Origin: an uncultured delta proteobacterium
GTDB lineage: Bacteria > Desulfobacterota > Desulfobacteria > Desulfobacterales > JAHEIW01
NCBI GenBank assembly: GCA_963706575.1
Contig: CAVPNL010000006.1
Span: 288,001-352,000, forward strand
Direction of reading: 5' to 3'
Length of the DNA stretch: 64,000 bases
The notes below the pieces were generated by a model. The model was given only the letters and a program-made list of their open reading frames with translations. It did not search any database and was not told the DNA's origin. Shown in pieces: positions 1 to 9,303 of the stretch (within the stretch, counting starts at the first letter, position 1; every line of letters begins with the position of its first letter). The position numbers and the translations under genes are program-made.

Positions 1-2090
1 TTGCAGACCTCCAGAACATTGTCGATAGTCGTGTTATGATTTTCAGCATGCTTTCCAAGAACCTCTTTGAGGGTCTCGCTGTAGAACTCAAACTTTTTGG
101 TTTTGGTCTTCATGTTGCTCCACTTTTTGCGATACGGGTAGGGGTCGGAATTCCAGACGCCGGCTTTGACGAAATCCTCCCAGCCGTTGAATTTGTCTCC
201 GCCTTTGTATTTAGCCGGATCCCACAGGTTCTGGGTGGCATATTTAAGGGCATAGAGCGCAAATTCTTTTTCGTTGGTCGGCGCTTTGCCGGTCTCCGGA
301 TCCTCGTAGGTTTTGTAGTGGTCAAGCAGATTGCTAAAACCTCTTTCATTCAGCTTTTCGGCAATCAGCCAGGGGATTTCGGTCTCATCGATCTTGTATT
401 CCCACACCGGCTCGACAATCGGATGCATGAGCGTCACCTGCCGGTATCCGTTGCCGATCGATTTGACATACCCCCATTTTTCAGCCATGTGATGGGTATC
501 GGGCAGCAGGATATCGGCGAACCAGGAAAACTCGGAAGCGTTGGTGGTGATGTGCACCAGAAAAGGTATCTTGGCCAGGGCACGCTCCCAGCGTTCAGGC
601 TGCGGACAGGAGAAGGTAAAGTTATTCATGTATCCAATCGCCACTTTGATTTCATTGGGGTCCGCGTTCAGAATGCCGTCGGCCGCATTGTTGGTAACCA
701 CGCCTCCGCCGGGTTTCTTGTTCAGTACGGGAAACTCCAACCGGCCGCGATGGTCGATTTTTCCATGCTTTTTACCTTTTTTGGCGATTTCATCCATAAA
801 ATCATCGGGTTTCGGAAACTTGCTGGTGTATTCTTTGTTGCTCTGTTGGGTGCCGCCGACATTGTCCACGGCCCCGACGATGCCGTTTAAGGCGTGCACC
901 GCCATGCTGGCGTAAGCGCCGCGGACCTGCATGCAGGGTCCGCCGCCCAGCCAGGAAATGGCGCGCGGTGCCGCCTGGCCGTAACCGACAGCGACCCGTT
1001 TGATCTGCTCTACCGGCAGGCCGGTTATTTTTGCAGCCCACTCCGCTGTTTTGTCCTTCAGCTCCAGATTCCACCACGCGACAATACCGTTGGTGTGTTT
1101 TTCTTCAAACAGTTCTTCATCAACATATTGTCCGGCCACAAAGCGATTTTCGCCGTCCGTAAAATCGCCGACGAAGTCTTTGTACCAGAGCCCTTCGGTG
1201 AGCAAAATGTGCGCAATGGCGACCGCCAGCGCACCATCCGTGCCGGGTTTGATCGGCAGCCACTCATCGGCCTTGGCTGCGGTGGCCGAAAGTCGCGGTT
1301 CGGCAATTGCAATCGTTGCGGAATCAATGGCATCTCCCCAGGCAGAAGAATAATAAGATACCTGCCGGTTGGCGGCCAGGGGGTCGGCGCCCCATAAAAG
1401 AATGTACCGGGCCCTTTTAACATCATACTGCCGGTAACCCCAATACGCCTCTGTGTAGTAAGGGCCGAATTTTTCCGCTTCCGCACAGATCGCACTGTGG
1501 GAAATGTTGTTGGGTGAGCCGATAATTTTGGTCATGCGATCATAGAGGACATCTCGCATGTACGTATACCGACCGCGCATGAGCATGTATTTGTAGGTTT
1601 CGTTGTTGTTTCTGAGCTCCATGATCTTGTCGGCAATGGTGTTCAAGGCTTCGTCCCAGGAAATGGGCACATATTTCGGATCCTCGTTGCGTCCCTTTTT
1701 AGGATTGGTCCGTTTCATGGGGGTTTTGATTCGATCCGGGTCATATATCTGCTGCAAAGCCAGATGGGATCTCGGACAACTCGCACTTCCATTCACCTTC
1801 GAATTCGGATTTCCCCGGACTTTTACCGCCCTGCCGTCGACGACGTACACCTGTTTGGAGCACCAGGAGGTACATCCCTGACAGGTGGCCGATTGCCACG
1901 CCCCGGCTCCGCCGGAGGTCGTTTCACTGGCTTGCGCTAGTGCCCGAAACGCTGGCTTGACGGATCCGCCGAGGGCAATTGCACCTCCGGTGGCGGCTGA
2001 GGCTCTTTTTATGAAAGATCTTCTTGTAATTTTGTAATCATTTAGAAAATCCTTCATCATGGCTTTCTTTTTGTTCTGTTTCATCTCCAT
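1..2090 (-). CDS. arrA: Respiratory arsenate reductase catalytic subunit (Mo-bisPGD, Tat-exported); 3' end runs off the window
   Basis: Manual translation from ATG 2090 (SD GGAGG) is open to base 1. It shows a Tat motif TRRSFIK, Fe-S motif CQGCTSWC...CPR, RTNPKKGR, the ArrA-type RGRY motif, and NNISHSAICAE with the Mo-ligand Cys. Confidence 0.95.
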   Translation of the reverse strand, partial: MEMKQNKKKAMMKDFLNDYKITRRSFIKRASAATGGAIALGGSVKPAFRALAQASETTSGGAGAWQSATCQGCTSWCSKQVYVVDGRAVKVRGNPNSKVNGSASCPRSHLALQQIYDPDRIKTPMKRTNPKKGRNEDPKYVPISWDEALNTIADKIMELRNNNETYKYMLMRGRYTYMRDVLYDRMTKIIGSPNNISHSAICAEAEKFGPYYTEAYWGYRQYDVKRARYILLWGADPLAANRQVSYYSSAWGDAIDSATIAIAEPRLSATAAKADEWLPIKPGTDGALAVAIAHILLTEGLWYKDFVGDFTDGENRFVAGQYVDEELFEEKHTNGIVAWWNLELKDKTAEWAAKITGLPVEQIKRVAVGYGQAAPRAISWLGGGPCMQVRGAYASMAVHALNGIVGAVDNVGGTQQSNKEYTSKFPKPDDFMDEIAKKGKKHGKIDHRGRLEFPVLNKKPGGGVVTNNAADGILNADPNEIKVAIGYMNNFTFSCPQPERWERALAKIPFLVHITTNASEFSWFADILLPDTHHMAEKWGYVKSIGNGYRQVTLMHPIVEPVWEYKIDETEIPWLIAEKLNERGFSNLLDHYKTYEDPETGKAPTNEKEFALYALKYATQNLWDPAKYKGGDKFNGWEDFVKAGVWNSDPYPYRKKWSNMKTKTKKFEFYSETLKEVLGKHAENHNTTIDNVLEVC

Positions 2091-2138
2091 ATTACCTCCC
2101 TTCGTTAACCTTCTTAAACCTTAAAGATGGTTCAAGAA

Positions 2139-2528
2139 TTAATTGGTTGATGGTTTACCGGAATTCGCCTCATTATTTTCAATCGATCGCAGCCAGTAAA
2201 AAAGTTCATCCGGATCGATCGGCCGATTGAGACAGGCATAAATGTGGTAGCAGATCGCGTCTTTTAGCTCCGGGTGAAACGGATGTTTGGATAAGCAAAA
2301 AAAATAGACTCCCGGGAATTTTAGGGTGAGTTCCCTCACGGTTCGATTGTCTGCCGCCACCGTGTCGATATCCCATAATATTGCCTGGCATTTAGTATCC
2401 TTGATGCGTTGTTCTAAATTGTGAGTTGAATATTGTGAGGCTGCTTTAAATTGACCCGTTTCCAGCAGTTCGCAGAGCTCCCGACATTGTTTTTTATCGG
2501 CATCGATCACCAATATTGATTTTTTCAT
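2139..2528 (-). CDS. Stand-alone atypical response-regulator receiver protein
   Basis: ILVIDAD...LWDID...NRPID receiver fold with no output domain; lies directly upstream of arrA. Confidence 0.8.
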   Translation of the reverse strand: MKKSILVIDADKKQCRELCELLETGQFKAASQYSTHNLEQRIKDTKCQAILWDIDTVAADNRTVRELTLKFPGVYFFCLSKHPFHPELKDAICYHIYACLNRPIDPDELFYWLRSIENNEANSGKPSTN

Positions 2529-2587
2529 TTGCTCACGGGCTCCTCGAACGAAACCGGCATGAAATCAGGAAGAATAAAAGATCTTAG

Positions 2588-2602
2588 TACCACAACGTAG
2601 CA
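2588..2602. promoter_or_regulatory. Putative operator (YRCCAC-N3-GTGGYR family) overlapping the sigma54 -12 element
   Basis: TACCACAACGTAGCA, 12/15 match to TGCCACAWTGTGGCA. Confidence 0.5.
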
Positions 2603-2614
2603 AGGGTTATGCCA
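2599..2614 (-). promoter_or_regulatory. Sigma54 (-24/-12) promoter of the REC-arrA operon
   Basis: Minus strand TGGCATAACCCTTGCT: exact GG-N10-GC spacing, close to consensus TGGCAC-N5-TTGC. Confidence 0.88.
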
Positions 2615-2778
2615 GAACGAACCCGAAAATCGTCAGGTGTTCAATTTAGGAGCATTTATGCGACAGGTTTAAATTTAAGCAATTGAAATTTAATCAAATA
2701 AAATTGAAGAGAAAAAGCTGGGAATTGAAAATTTAATTTCAGTAGAAGGGTGAATTGCAGGCAGGATTTTTTTAAACC

Positions 2779-2861
2779 TGTACGGGTTACAGACATAAAA
2801 ACTGGCGATATATTAGATTCTCATTTATATTAAACGGTTAGCTGTGTACGAATCCCGGACA
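2779..2861. promoter_or_regulatory. Pair of candidate enhancer (UAS) palindromes for the sigma54 activator
   Basis: TGTACGGGTTACAGACA (2779-2795) and TGTACGAATCCCGGACA (2845-2861), pattern TGTMCG-N5-CRGACA, 66 bp apart. An AT-rich tract separates them from the promoter. Confidence 0.65.
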
Positions 2862-2886
2862 CATTATTCAGCCTCAAACACATGAA

Positions 2887-3261
2887 TTATAATAGTGGCT
2901 TAAAAACCTCGCAGGATCGACAGATTTTCATTTTCTCTTTCCAATCCTTTTGGCTCATTCCTTCACAAATGGTTCCATTTATAAACCAGCAGAGATCGCC
3001 CGATCCAAACTCCCAGGCCGGGCAATCGCGTTTTTGCTGGGGCGGACATTTTTTTACAAACCAGCAGGGCTTTTGCTTTATGCCCTTTTGTTCCAATCTG
3101 GATACCAGGAAAAAGACCTGACGTTCGACATGCACCGGCACGGATCGCCAGCCCTGCTCATAGCTGTGAATGGCTTTCAGAGATGTCCCCAGCAGTTCGG
3201 CCATCTGTTTCTGGGTCTTGGCCAACCGCTTTCGATATTTTTTGAATTCGTTCTTATTCAT
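2887..3261 (-). CDS. XRE-type HTH regulator with C-terminal Cys-rich two-CW domain (paralog 1)
   Basis: KTQKQMAELLGTSLKAIHSYEQG HTH followed by CW..KKC......CPAW.....CWFINGTIC...C..CEVF (7 Cys). Confidence 0.85.
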   Translation of the reverse strand: MNKNEFKKYRKRLAKTQKQMAELLGTSLKAIHSYEQGWRSVPVHVERQVFFLVSRLEQKGIKQKPCWFVKKCPPQQKRDCPAWEFGSGDLCWFINGTICEGMSQKDWKEKMKICRSCEVFKPLL

Positions 3262-3366
3262 GTTTTCTTGTCGCGTGGGTTATCGACCAGGTTGCGTCGC
3301 TCTATGCAAAAAACCATGCCAGATGAGAGATACTAACATTACAGGGAAGCAGGGCCAAGCAAAAAA

Positions 3367-3381
3367 TGCCACATTGTGGTA
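3367..3381. promoter_or_regulatory. Putative operator upstream of two-CW regulator 1
   Basis: TGCCACATTGTGGTA, a near-perfect palindrome about 105 bp upstream of the start codon. Confidence 0.7.
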
Positions 3382-3400
3382 TTTTTCATTGCTCTAACCC

Positions 3401-5599
3401 CTAATGAATCGTTGGTTTGTTAATCTGATATTTTTTAAGTTTGTCATATAGCGTACTGCGGCTGATCCCCAGATGTAAGGCGGCCTTTTTCTTGTTCCAG
3501 TCGCATTCCTCCAAAACTTCCTGGAGCAATTTTTTCTCATTTTCAACGATCGTCCCCGGGGCTTCCGAAGAAATAGCCGGAGCAGCATCCCGAATGGCAG
3601 AGGGCAGATCCGAAATTTCGACTTTGCTTCGCTTGGCTAAAACGGCGGCGTGCTCAATGCTGTTTTCCAGTTCGCGAACGTTCCCCGGCCAGGGGTAATC
3701 CAGCAGCAGCCCCATGGCTTCCGAGCTGAAATCCTGAATTTCTTTATGCTGTTCAAGGGCAAATTTGGATAAAAAATGACGCGCCAGCAACGGAATATCG
3801 TTGCGCCGTTTTCTTAACGGGGGCAGGTGGATTGGAATAACATTGAGACGATAAAAAAGATCCTCACGAAAGGTTCCGTTTTTTACTTCTTGAATTAGAT
3901 CCTTATTGGTGGCGGCGAGAATGCGAACATCGACCTTGAGTTTCTCTTCGCCTCCGACACGTTCGAATTTTTGACTTTGCAAGACCCGCAGCAGCTTGAT
4001 CTGGGCTGAAGGCGCAATTTCGCCGATTTCATCTAAAAATACGGTACCGCCGTCTGCTTGTTCAAAACGTCCGAATTTTTGCCGGATGGCACCGGTAAAG
4101 GCGCCTTTTTCATGACCGAAGAGTTCGCTTTCCAAAAGTGTTGCCGGATAAGCTGAGCAGTTGATCACGACAAACGGATTATCCCTCCGTGGGCTCTGCC
4201 GATGAATGGCCCGGGCGACCAGTTCTTTACCGGTCCCGCTTTCCCCCTGAATAAGAATCGTTGCATCGGTGGGCGCGATATCTTCTATTAAACGATACAT
4301 ATTTTGCATCTTTGGGTCTTTACCAACCAGCCCGCTGAATTCAGCAGTATGTTCGATACGAGTCTTCAGCTCGCGGATCTCTTCTTCATGGATTGCCGAA
4401 CGGCGAATGGCGCCGGCAGTCTGGTTCAAAATCAGATCAATAATGTCCAGCTCTTTGGTGACACAGTTACAATTTCCGGGACAAGCGATCAGCAGCGCCC
4501 CTTGAAGTTGATTCTCGCTGCGCAGGGGGAAAACGATCAGATCTTGTGCGGTTTTAAATTCTAAGGGTAAAAATGTTGTGTTGGATGGTTCGACTTTAAC
4601 AAATTTGGATTGGTCTAAACCGAAAACAAGCGCAGCTGCCCTTTGCGTGGCGGCAATATCCAGAGTTCTGGATTCCTTCGCGGTTTGCAGGAAGATATTG
4701 TCGCCATTGCTACTGAATATCAACATACATAGATCCTTACAGGTGACAATGCTTTGCAGTTTTTTGATTAAATAGGCGCAAACATCCCTTAAATGAGTCA
4801 ACGCGCCGATTTCCTGGGCAATGGTAAATGATGTGTGTGTTTGCCGGTGGGCCCGATCGAGCTGACCGGTTTTCTCTTCAAGCCGCTGGGTGTAGTCCTT
4901 TATTCGAGTGACCATGTGGTTAAAAGAAGATGTCAATCTTCCGACTTCGTCCCGGCTGTTTAAAGGGACATTTAATTCAAGATTACCTTCATCAATTTTT
5001 TCAGCAGCTTTTGCCAATGCCGCCAAAGGCCTGGTTACACGTTTGATGAAGAAAAGGCTTCCACCGATTGCGAATAAAAGAATCGAAAAAGTTATTACGC
5101 TCATTTGAAGCCATAATTGTTTTACCTGGTCACGGAAAGGTTTTTCAGTGACGCCCAGCCGGAGGGTGCCGGCTTTTCCTGCAAAAATGGGCCAGGCAAT
5201 ATCCAAATATCGCTCTCCTTCGGTGGATACGATTTCTTTATGTCGATTATAATTATCCAGGACAATATCATTGACCCCTATAAGTTCGATTGGTATCCCC
5301 TGTGTAAATGTGTGAGCCAGAACCTGGTTTTCTTTAATAATAAAGATGTAGGCTGCGTGAGGCGTACTGGTCATATGGTAATCAAGCATTTTTTGAAGCG
5401 CCACCAGGTCATTGGTCAGGATCTTATCAGTGGCATCCAGCGCAACTGCCTGGGCTATATTTTCGGCCTGAGCGCTTAATGATGAAAACAGACTGCTACT
5501 ATACCGTTGGGTCACAACCAGCGAAATAAGTAATCCGCTACCGATAACCATAAGCGAAACGGCCATCAACAATTTATTTTTCAGACTTTGTGGGCGCAT
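3401..5599 (-). CDS. Membrane-anchored sigma54-dependent activator (TM-periplasmic sensor-TM-HAMP-GAF-AAA+-Fis HTH)
   Basis: Two TM segments, HAMP (DEVGRLTSSFNHM), Walker A GESGTGKE, GAFTGA, Walker B LDEIG, WPGNVREL and a C-terminal HTH. Start placed at MRPQS (SD GGAGG). Confidence 0.92.
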   Translation of the reverse strand: MRPQSLKNKLLMAVSLMVIGSGLLISLVVTQRYSSSLFSSLSAQAENIAQAVALDATDKILTNDLVALQKMLDYHMTSTPHAAYIFIIKENQVLAHTFTQGIPIELIGVNDIVLDNYNRHKEIVSTEGERYLDIAWPIFAGKAGTLRLGVTEKPFRDQVKQLWLQMSVITFSILLFAIGGSLFFIKRVTRPLAALAKAAEKIDEGNLELNVPLNSRDEVGRLTSSFNHMVTRIKDYTQRLEEKTGQLDRAHRQTHTSFTIAQEIGALTHLRDVCAYLIKKLQSIVTCKDLCMLIFSSNGDNIFLQTAKESRTLDIAATQRAAALVFGLDQSKFVKVEPSNTTFLPLEFKTAQDLIVFPLRSENQLQGALLIACPGNCNCVTKELDIIDLILNQTAGAIRRSAIHEEEIRELKTRIEHTAEFSGLVGKDPKMQNMYRLIEDIAPTDATILIQGESGTGKELVARAIHRQSPRRDNPFVVINCSAYPATLLESELFGHEKGAFTGAIRQKFGRFEQADGGTVFLDEIGEIAPSAQIKLLRVLQSQKFERVGGEEKLKVDVRILAATNKDLIQEVKNGTFREDLFYRLNVIPIHLPPLRKRRNDIPLLARHFLSKFALEQHKEIQDFSSEAMGLLLDYPWPGNVRELENSIEHAAVLAKRSKVEISDLPSAIRDAAPAISSEAPGTIVENEKKLLQEVLEECDWNKKKAALHLGISRSTLYDKLKKYQINKPTIH

Positions 5600-5603
5600 A
5601 CTT

Positions 5604-6539
5604 CTAATCCTCCAGCGATGCAAGTTCCAGATTTATTTTCCGGATGCTGTCATACCATTTATCTTTTGGTAATATAAATTTATCGATCATCAATTCTTTT
5701 AAAATCGCTTTCCCCTGTGGATCCTGATGCATGGTAAATAGCAGTATGCGAATTTTTGTCATGAGTTCAGATGATATAGAGTTTGAGGCCACCATTGGCG
5801 GTATGCCGTAGGGTTCTGATTTGCGAATAATGCGGGTTTTGGATGTGAAAATAGGATTTTTGTTGTTGTAATATTCCCAGATCAAACCGTCGACGGCGGC
5901 ACCGTCCACCAGGCCTTTGGCCACCGCCAATATGGCGTTGTCATGGCTGTAGGTGTAAATCGTTTTTTCAAAAAACGTTTCGGCTGTTTCTCCCATTTGC
6001 CAGAGCCAGTAAGTCGGGACCAACTTACCCGAATTCGAGTCGGGATCGGTAAACGCAAAAACACGTCCTCTGAGATCTTCGAGTGTTCGGAATTCACTCG
6101 TCTTATTTATAATCAAATAAGAATGATAAAAATGGCTGTTCTGAACCTCGGGTGTTGCCACCAACTGAAACCCATATTTTTCCTTGCCGACAACATAGGG
6201 TCCAGAGCATATAAAGGCCAAATCGATCTGGCCCTTGGCCAACAGTTCATTGATCTCCCCATAAGTTTTGCGCTGGATAAACTGAATTTCACGCCCCATT
6301 TTTTGGCCAATGTAGTCCAACAACTGCCGGTAATAGACGAAAGTTTCCTTAGGTGATATTATTGCGGCTACCGCAACTTTTAGCTGCGCGGATTCAGGAT
6401 CTGAACTTATCGGACGATCCACCGTCACAGTTTTAGAGAAATCAACCACAACGGCATCGCTGTCTTTGCCGCAGCCTGAAACATAAATCCCGATAAAAAA
6501 TATCAGGCAACCGATAATCAGTTTTGTCTTGTTTCCCAT
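5604..6539 (-). CDS. PhnD-family periplasmic oxyanion-binding lipoprotein, AioX/ArxX-like
   Basis: Lipobox VSGC, AFICSGPY (Cys at the AioX-like position), FTDPDSNSG, YSHDNAI, GAAVD; adjacent to the arr regulator. Confidence 0.85.
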   Translation of the reverse strand: MGNKTKLIIGCLIFFIGIYVSGCGKDSDAVVVDFSKTVTVDRPISSDPESAQLKVAVAAIISPKETFVYYRQLLDYIGQKMGREIQFIQRKTYGEINELLAKGQIDLAFICSGPYVVGKEKYGFQLVATPEVQNSHFYHSYLIINKTSEFRTLEDLRGRVFAFTDPDSNSGKLVPTYWLWQMGETAETFFEKTIYTYSHDNAILAVAKGLVDGAAVDGLIWEYYNNKNPIFTSKTRIIRKSEPYGIPPMVASNSISSELMTKIRILLFTMHQDPQGKAILKELMIDKFILPKDKWYDSIRKINLELASLED

Positions 6540-6607
6540 GCTGATGCGCCTTTCGAATTATACTGCAAACCTGTTCGTGTCTGAAAATCGTACACACAGT
6601 CTGGACA

Positions 6608-6622
6608 TACCACCATGTGGTG
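6608..6622. promoter_or_regulatory. Putative operator just downstream of a -35-like TTGACC (minus strand)
   Basis: TACCACCATGTGGTG. Confidence 0.55.
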
Positions 6623-6764
6623 GTTTTGGTCAACAAAATAATGCCATTGCTAATATTCTTCTAAAAAATACGATTTATGCCAGCGAAAAAAATCGTTTAA
6701 AGAAAAAAGACCGGTTACAATTGGAAGCGGTGTTAAAGTCTGAAACAAAAATCAACCCTTGAAC

Positions 6765-6779
6765 TGCCACGTTGTGGTG
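6765..6779. promoter_or_regulatory. Putative operator just downstream of a -35 TTGACA (minus strand)
   Basis: TGCCACGTTGTGGTG followed on the + strand by attttTGTCAA. Confidence 0.6.
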
Positions 6780-6976
6780 ATTTTTGTCAAGATAATTTTT
6801 CAATTTTAACAGGAATATCTTAGCGGATGGGCTTTACGAACGATTAGCGTACTGGATGGTAAGTTAATTATGGTCGGTGCAGGATCGTAGAAAGTATTAA
6901 ATTTTATTATGAGATATCATAAGACTTTAAGTTGCTTCTTAATAATTTCTGAATCGAATTGTTTTATCTTCATGCG

Positions 6977-8359
6977 TTAATGACCGGAATAGGCATCCTT
7001 CAAAACCTCGATCGGGTGAATGACCTTGTGAGGCGTAAGTTGGGTAAACTGCAGGCGGCAGCTCAGACAATCGGTCACGATATTATCAGGGCTGAGCGCT
7101 TTTATTTTGTGCATCAATCTGCCCCCCAGTTGAATCGACGCGTGGTGAAATTCTCTTTTAAACCCCATAATACCGGCCATGCCACAGCAAAAAAGGTTTC
7201 CATTGATGAGCTCCAGGGTGATGCCGGGGATTATTTTCAGCAGGTCCAGATACGGCCGCCCGATATTCTGCTCTCTTAAGTGGCAGGGAGGGTAATAGAC
7301 CATATGGCTAGATACCGGGCCGAATGTTGTCTGGAGTTCGCCTGATTTTTGAAGACCGGCTAAATAATCACCCAGATCATATGTATTTTCCGCCACCTGA
7401 ATGCGCTTAAGGGGACTCAAAGTTGAAAAATACCCTTCGTCTTTGAGAATCTTTTCGTACATAGCCTTTTTGACGTGTTCAAACTCCCGGTTCACCGGAT
7501 TATTCGATGCTTTTTCTTTCGGGAGTTTGAAATAAGCCTCATCCGCACCCACGGACTCCTGATATTCAGAGGAATAATAAGCGCCTTCCTTTAAGATATT
7601 TCTTAACATAAACCCGCAGGTCGGACAGGAGCAGACGATGTCATAGCCGCTCTCCACCGCCTCGGCCAGGCGATCCAGATTGAAACGCACAAATTCCATT
7701 GTCAATTTTCGGTCGCCCTCCAGCAGGCTTGGCATGCCGCAGCACTTTTGTTCCGGATAGTAGACCTCGATACCATTGTGTTGAAAAACTTCAACCGCGG
7801 CCTTTGGTACATCCGGGAACAGATAATTTGCCGTGCAACCTGAAAAATAGGCTATTTTTCGATTGGGCTGCTTCTGGGGTTGAGTATTTAAGCTGTTCTT
7901 TTTAGCCCACTGGGGAAAATTTTCTTGCGGAAATACTGGAATCCGGCGCTCCGGGTGAATTCCCGTGGCCGATTTAAAGAGTTCGCCGGTGAGCTTATGC
8001 TTGAAAAGAAAATTGGTCATCCGGGGAAACATGCCGCACAGCTTTCCGACGCGTTCAACATCCTCCAGGGTGCGCACGCCGAATTTTAGCCCATCTCTTT
8101 CGATGAATTGCGTTTTGGCCTTGATGATGTCTGCGCGGATATTCGGACACGGGCACAGCGCGCAGAAGTTGCACAGATCAACCAGTTTTCGAAGCTCATC
8201 AGAGCTAATCTTTTTACCCGTTTCGATCTCCTTATCATACAATCTGTATAACTCCGGAAACATGAGACAGTCTGAATCCATCAGGAATCGACAGACATCG
8301 CAATCCGAACAGGCGTCCACCACCATTCTTGCAGTGTTTTCAGGCTCATTATTTTCCAT
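6977..8359 (-). CDS. GlpC/HdrD-like Fe-S oxidoreductase (ferredoxin motifs plus two CCG domains)
   Basis: CSDCDVC, CNFCALC, YFSGC, CCGMP, CPTC, PCH, CCGMAG, DCLSCRLQ. Confidence 0.85.
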   Translation of the reverse strand: MENNEPENTARMVVDACSDCDVCRFLMDSDCLMFPELYRLYDKEIETGKKISSDELRKLVDLCNFCALCPCPNIRADIIKAKTQFIERDGLKFGVRTLEDVERVGKLCGMFPRMTNFLFKHKLTGELFKSATGIHPERRIPVFPQENFPQWAKKNSLNTQPQKQPNRKIAYFSGCTANYLFPDVPKAAVEVFQHNGIEVYYPEQKCCGMPSLLEGDRKLTMEFVRFNLDRLAEAVESGYDIVCSCPTCGFMLRNILKEGAYYSSEYQESVGADEAYFKLPKEKASNNPVNREFEHVKKAMYEKILKDEGYFSTLSPLKRIQVAENTYDLGDYLAGLQKSGELQTTFGPVSSHMVYYPPCHLREQNIGRPYLDLLKIIPGITLELINGNLFCCGMAGIMGFKREFHHASIQLGGRLMHKIKALSPDNIVTDCLSCRLQFTQLTPHKVIHPIEVLKDAYSGH

Positions 8360-8402
8360 TTACGGATTCGGTTTTCTCCCAGCTTTCATCATCAATGTAG
8401 CG

Positions 8403-9155
8403 CTAAATATTTAATGCTAAATAAGACTTGCGGCTAAACCTGTGAAGCACCGGAGTGCCCATACCGTGCCGGATGGCCTTTAGCAGTCTTCTCTCTTTCA
8501 GGGGGACCGTACCGGCGAGCATGTGCACGGGGAGGTGATCAAAGGCCCTGGCAACCATCGGTGTACTGGGACCCAGCATCAAGGTTTTTACTTTACCATG
8601 AACGTTTGCCAGTATTTCTTCGGTGCTGTTATTCAAAATCGAGGTCGATGTCAGAAACAGCACATCCGCCCGGCTTTTCAGGTTTTTATAAAAATCCGCC
8701 TTCCGGCCGAGCCCGCGGGATTGATCGAGGATATCGAGAACAGCTTCTCTTTGTTCAAAACGCTTGATCAAAGGGCCAAAGTAGCCAACCATCGCAACGT
8801 TTGTTCCCTTTGTGATTTTAAACTGTTCGAACATGATTTCGTTATTTTCATCTTCCGGTAACTGCAGCGCATGTTGATAGTTCAGCGCATTGACAAGGGC
8901 CAGCGCCATGCTTCTTTCAATCGGTTGGTCGCTTTTTATTTTTTCCAGTAGCGCAACTGCCGGCCGGTCTTCGTAATCAGTGGCTTCGTTTAACAGCATA
9001 CAGGATTTTTTATCTTCAAAATAGGTATAGGCGATCCCGATACCGCCGTCAGAAGTGGCCACAGCAGTATACCCCAGGCCGAGGCACAACAGTTCCACCC
9101 GTATTTTTTCAGCGTTATCCCTAAATAAGTTGAATAATTTGTCGTTGATGATCAT
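8403..9155 (-). CDS. DUF364/DUF4213-like (putative heavy-metal chelation, Rossmann-like) protein
   Basis: GLGYTAV..GGIGIA, ALVNAL, VAMVGYFGP, LTSTSILN, LGPSTP. Start moved to MIIND because the ORF-track start lies inside a repeat. Confidence 0.75.
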   Translation of the reverse strand: MIINDKLFNLFRDNAEKIRVELLCLGLGYTAVATSDGGIGIAYTYFEDKKSCMLLNEATDYEDRPAVALLEKIKSDQPIERSMALALVNALNYQHALQLPEDENNEIMFEQFKITKGTNVAMVGYFGPLIKRFEQREAVLDILDQSRGLGRKADFYKNLKSRADVLFLTSTSILNNSTEEILANVHGKVKTLMLGPSTPMVARAFDHLPVHMLAGTVPLKERRLLKAIRHGMGTPVLHRFSRKSYLALNI

Positions 9156-9195
9156 GGCTTTACCTTTATTAACTCCGGTGTCAGGGTGTTTTATC

Positions 9196-9269
9196 GTCAT
9201 GCCCGCGCTAGGCGGGCATCCCGCTTCTGCCGCAAAACATTTCTGGATTCCCGCCTTTGCGGGAATGAC
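9196..9269. repeat. Inverted pair of short palindromes of the GTCATTCCCGC..GCGGGAATC type
   Basis: GTCATGCCCGCGCTAGGCGGGCATCC ... GGATTCCCGCCTTTGCGGGAATGAC. Confidence 0.75.
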
Positions 9270-9303
9270 ACATGTGGAATGAAAAAACTTCCCGACCCCT
9301 CAA

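Noticed and set aside
36..1881. Plus-strand ORFs of up to 284 aa
   Set aside because: They are antisense shadows of arrA, which the ORF track missed because its stop lies outside the window.
1..2090. ArxA, AioA or polysulfide reductase identity
   Set aside because: RGRY (not GRGW), CQGCTSWC and the SHSAICAE Cys ligand match ArrA.
5604..6539. Phosphonate transporter PhnD
   Set aside because: No permease or ATPase is adjacent; it is coupled to a sensor-activator.
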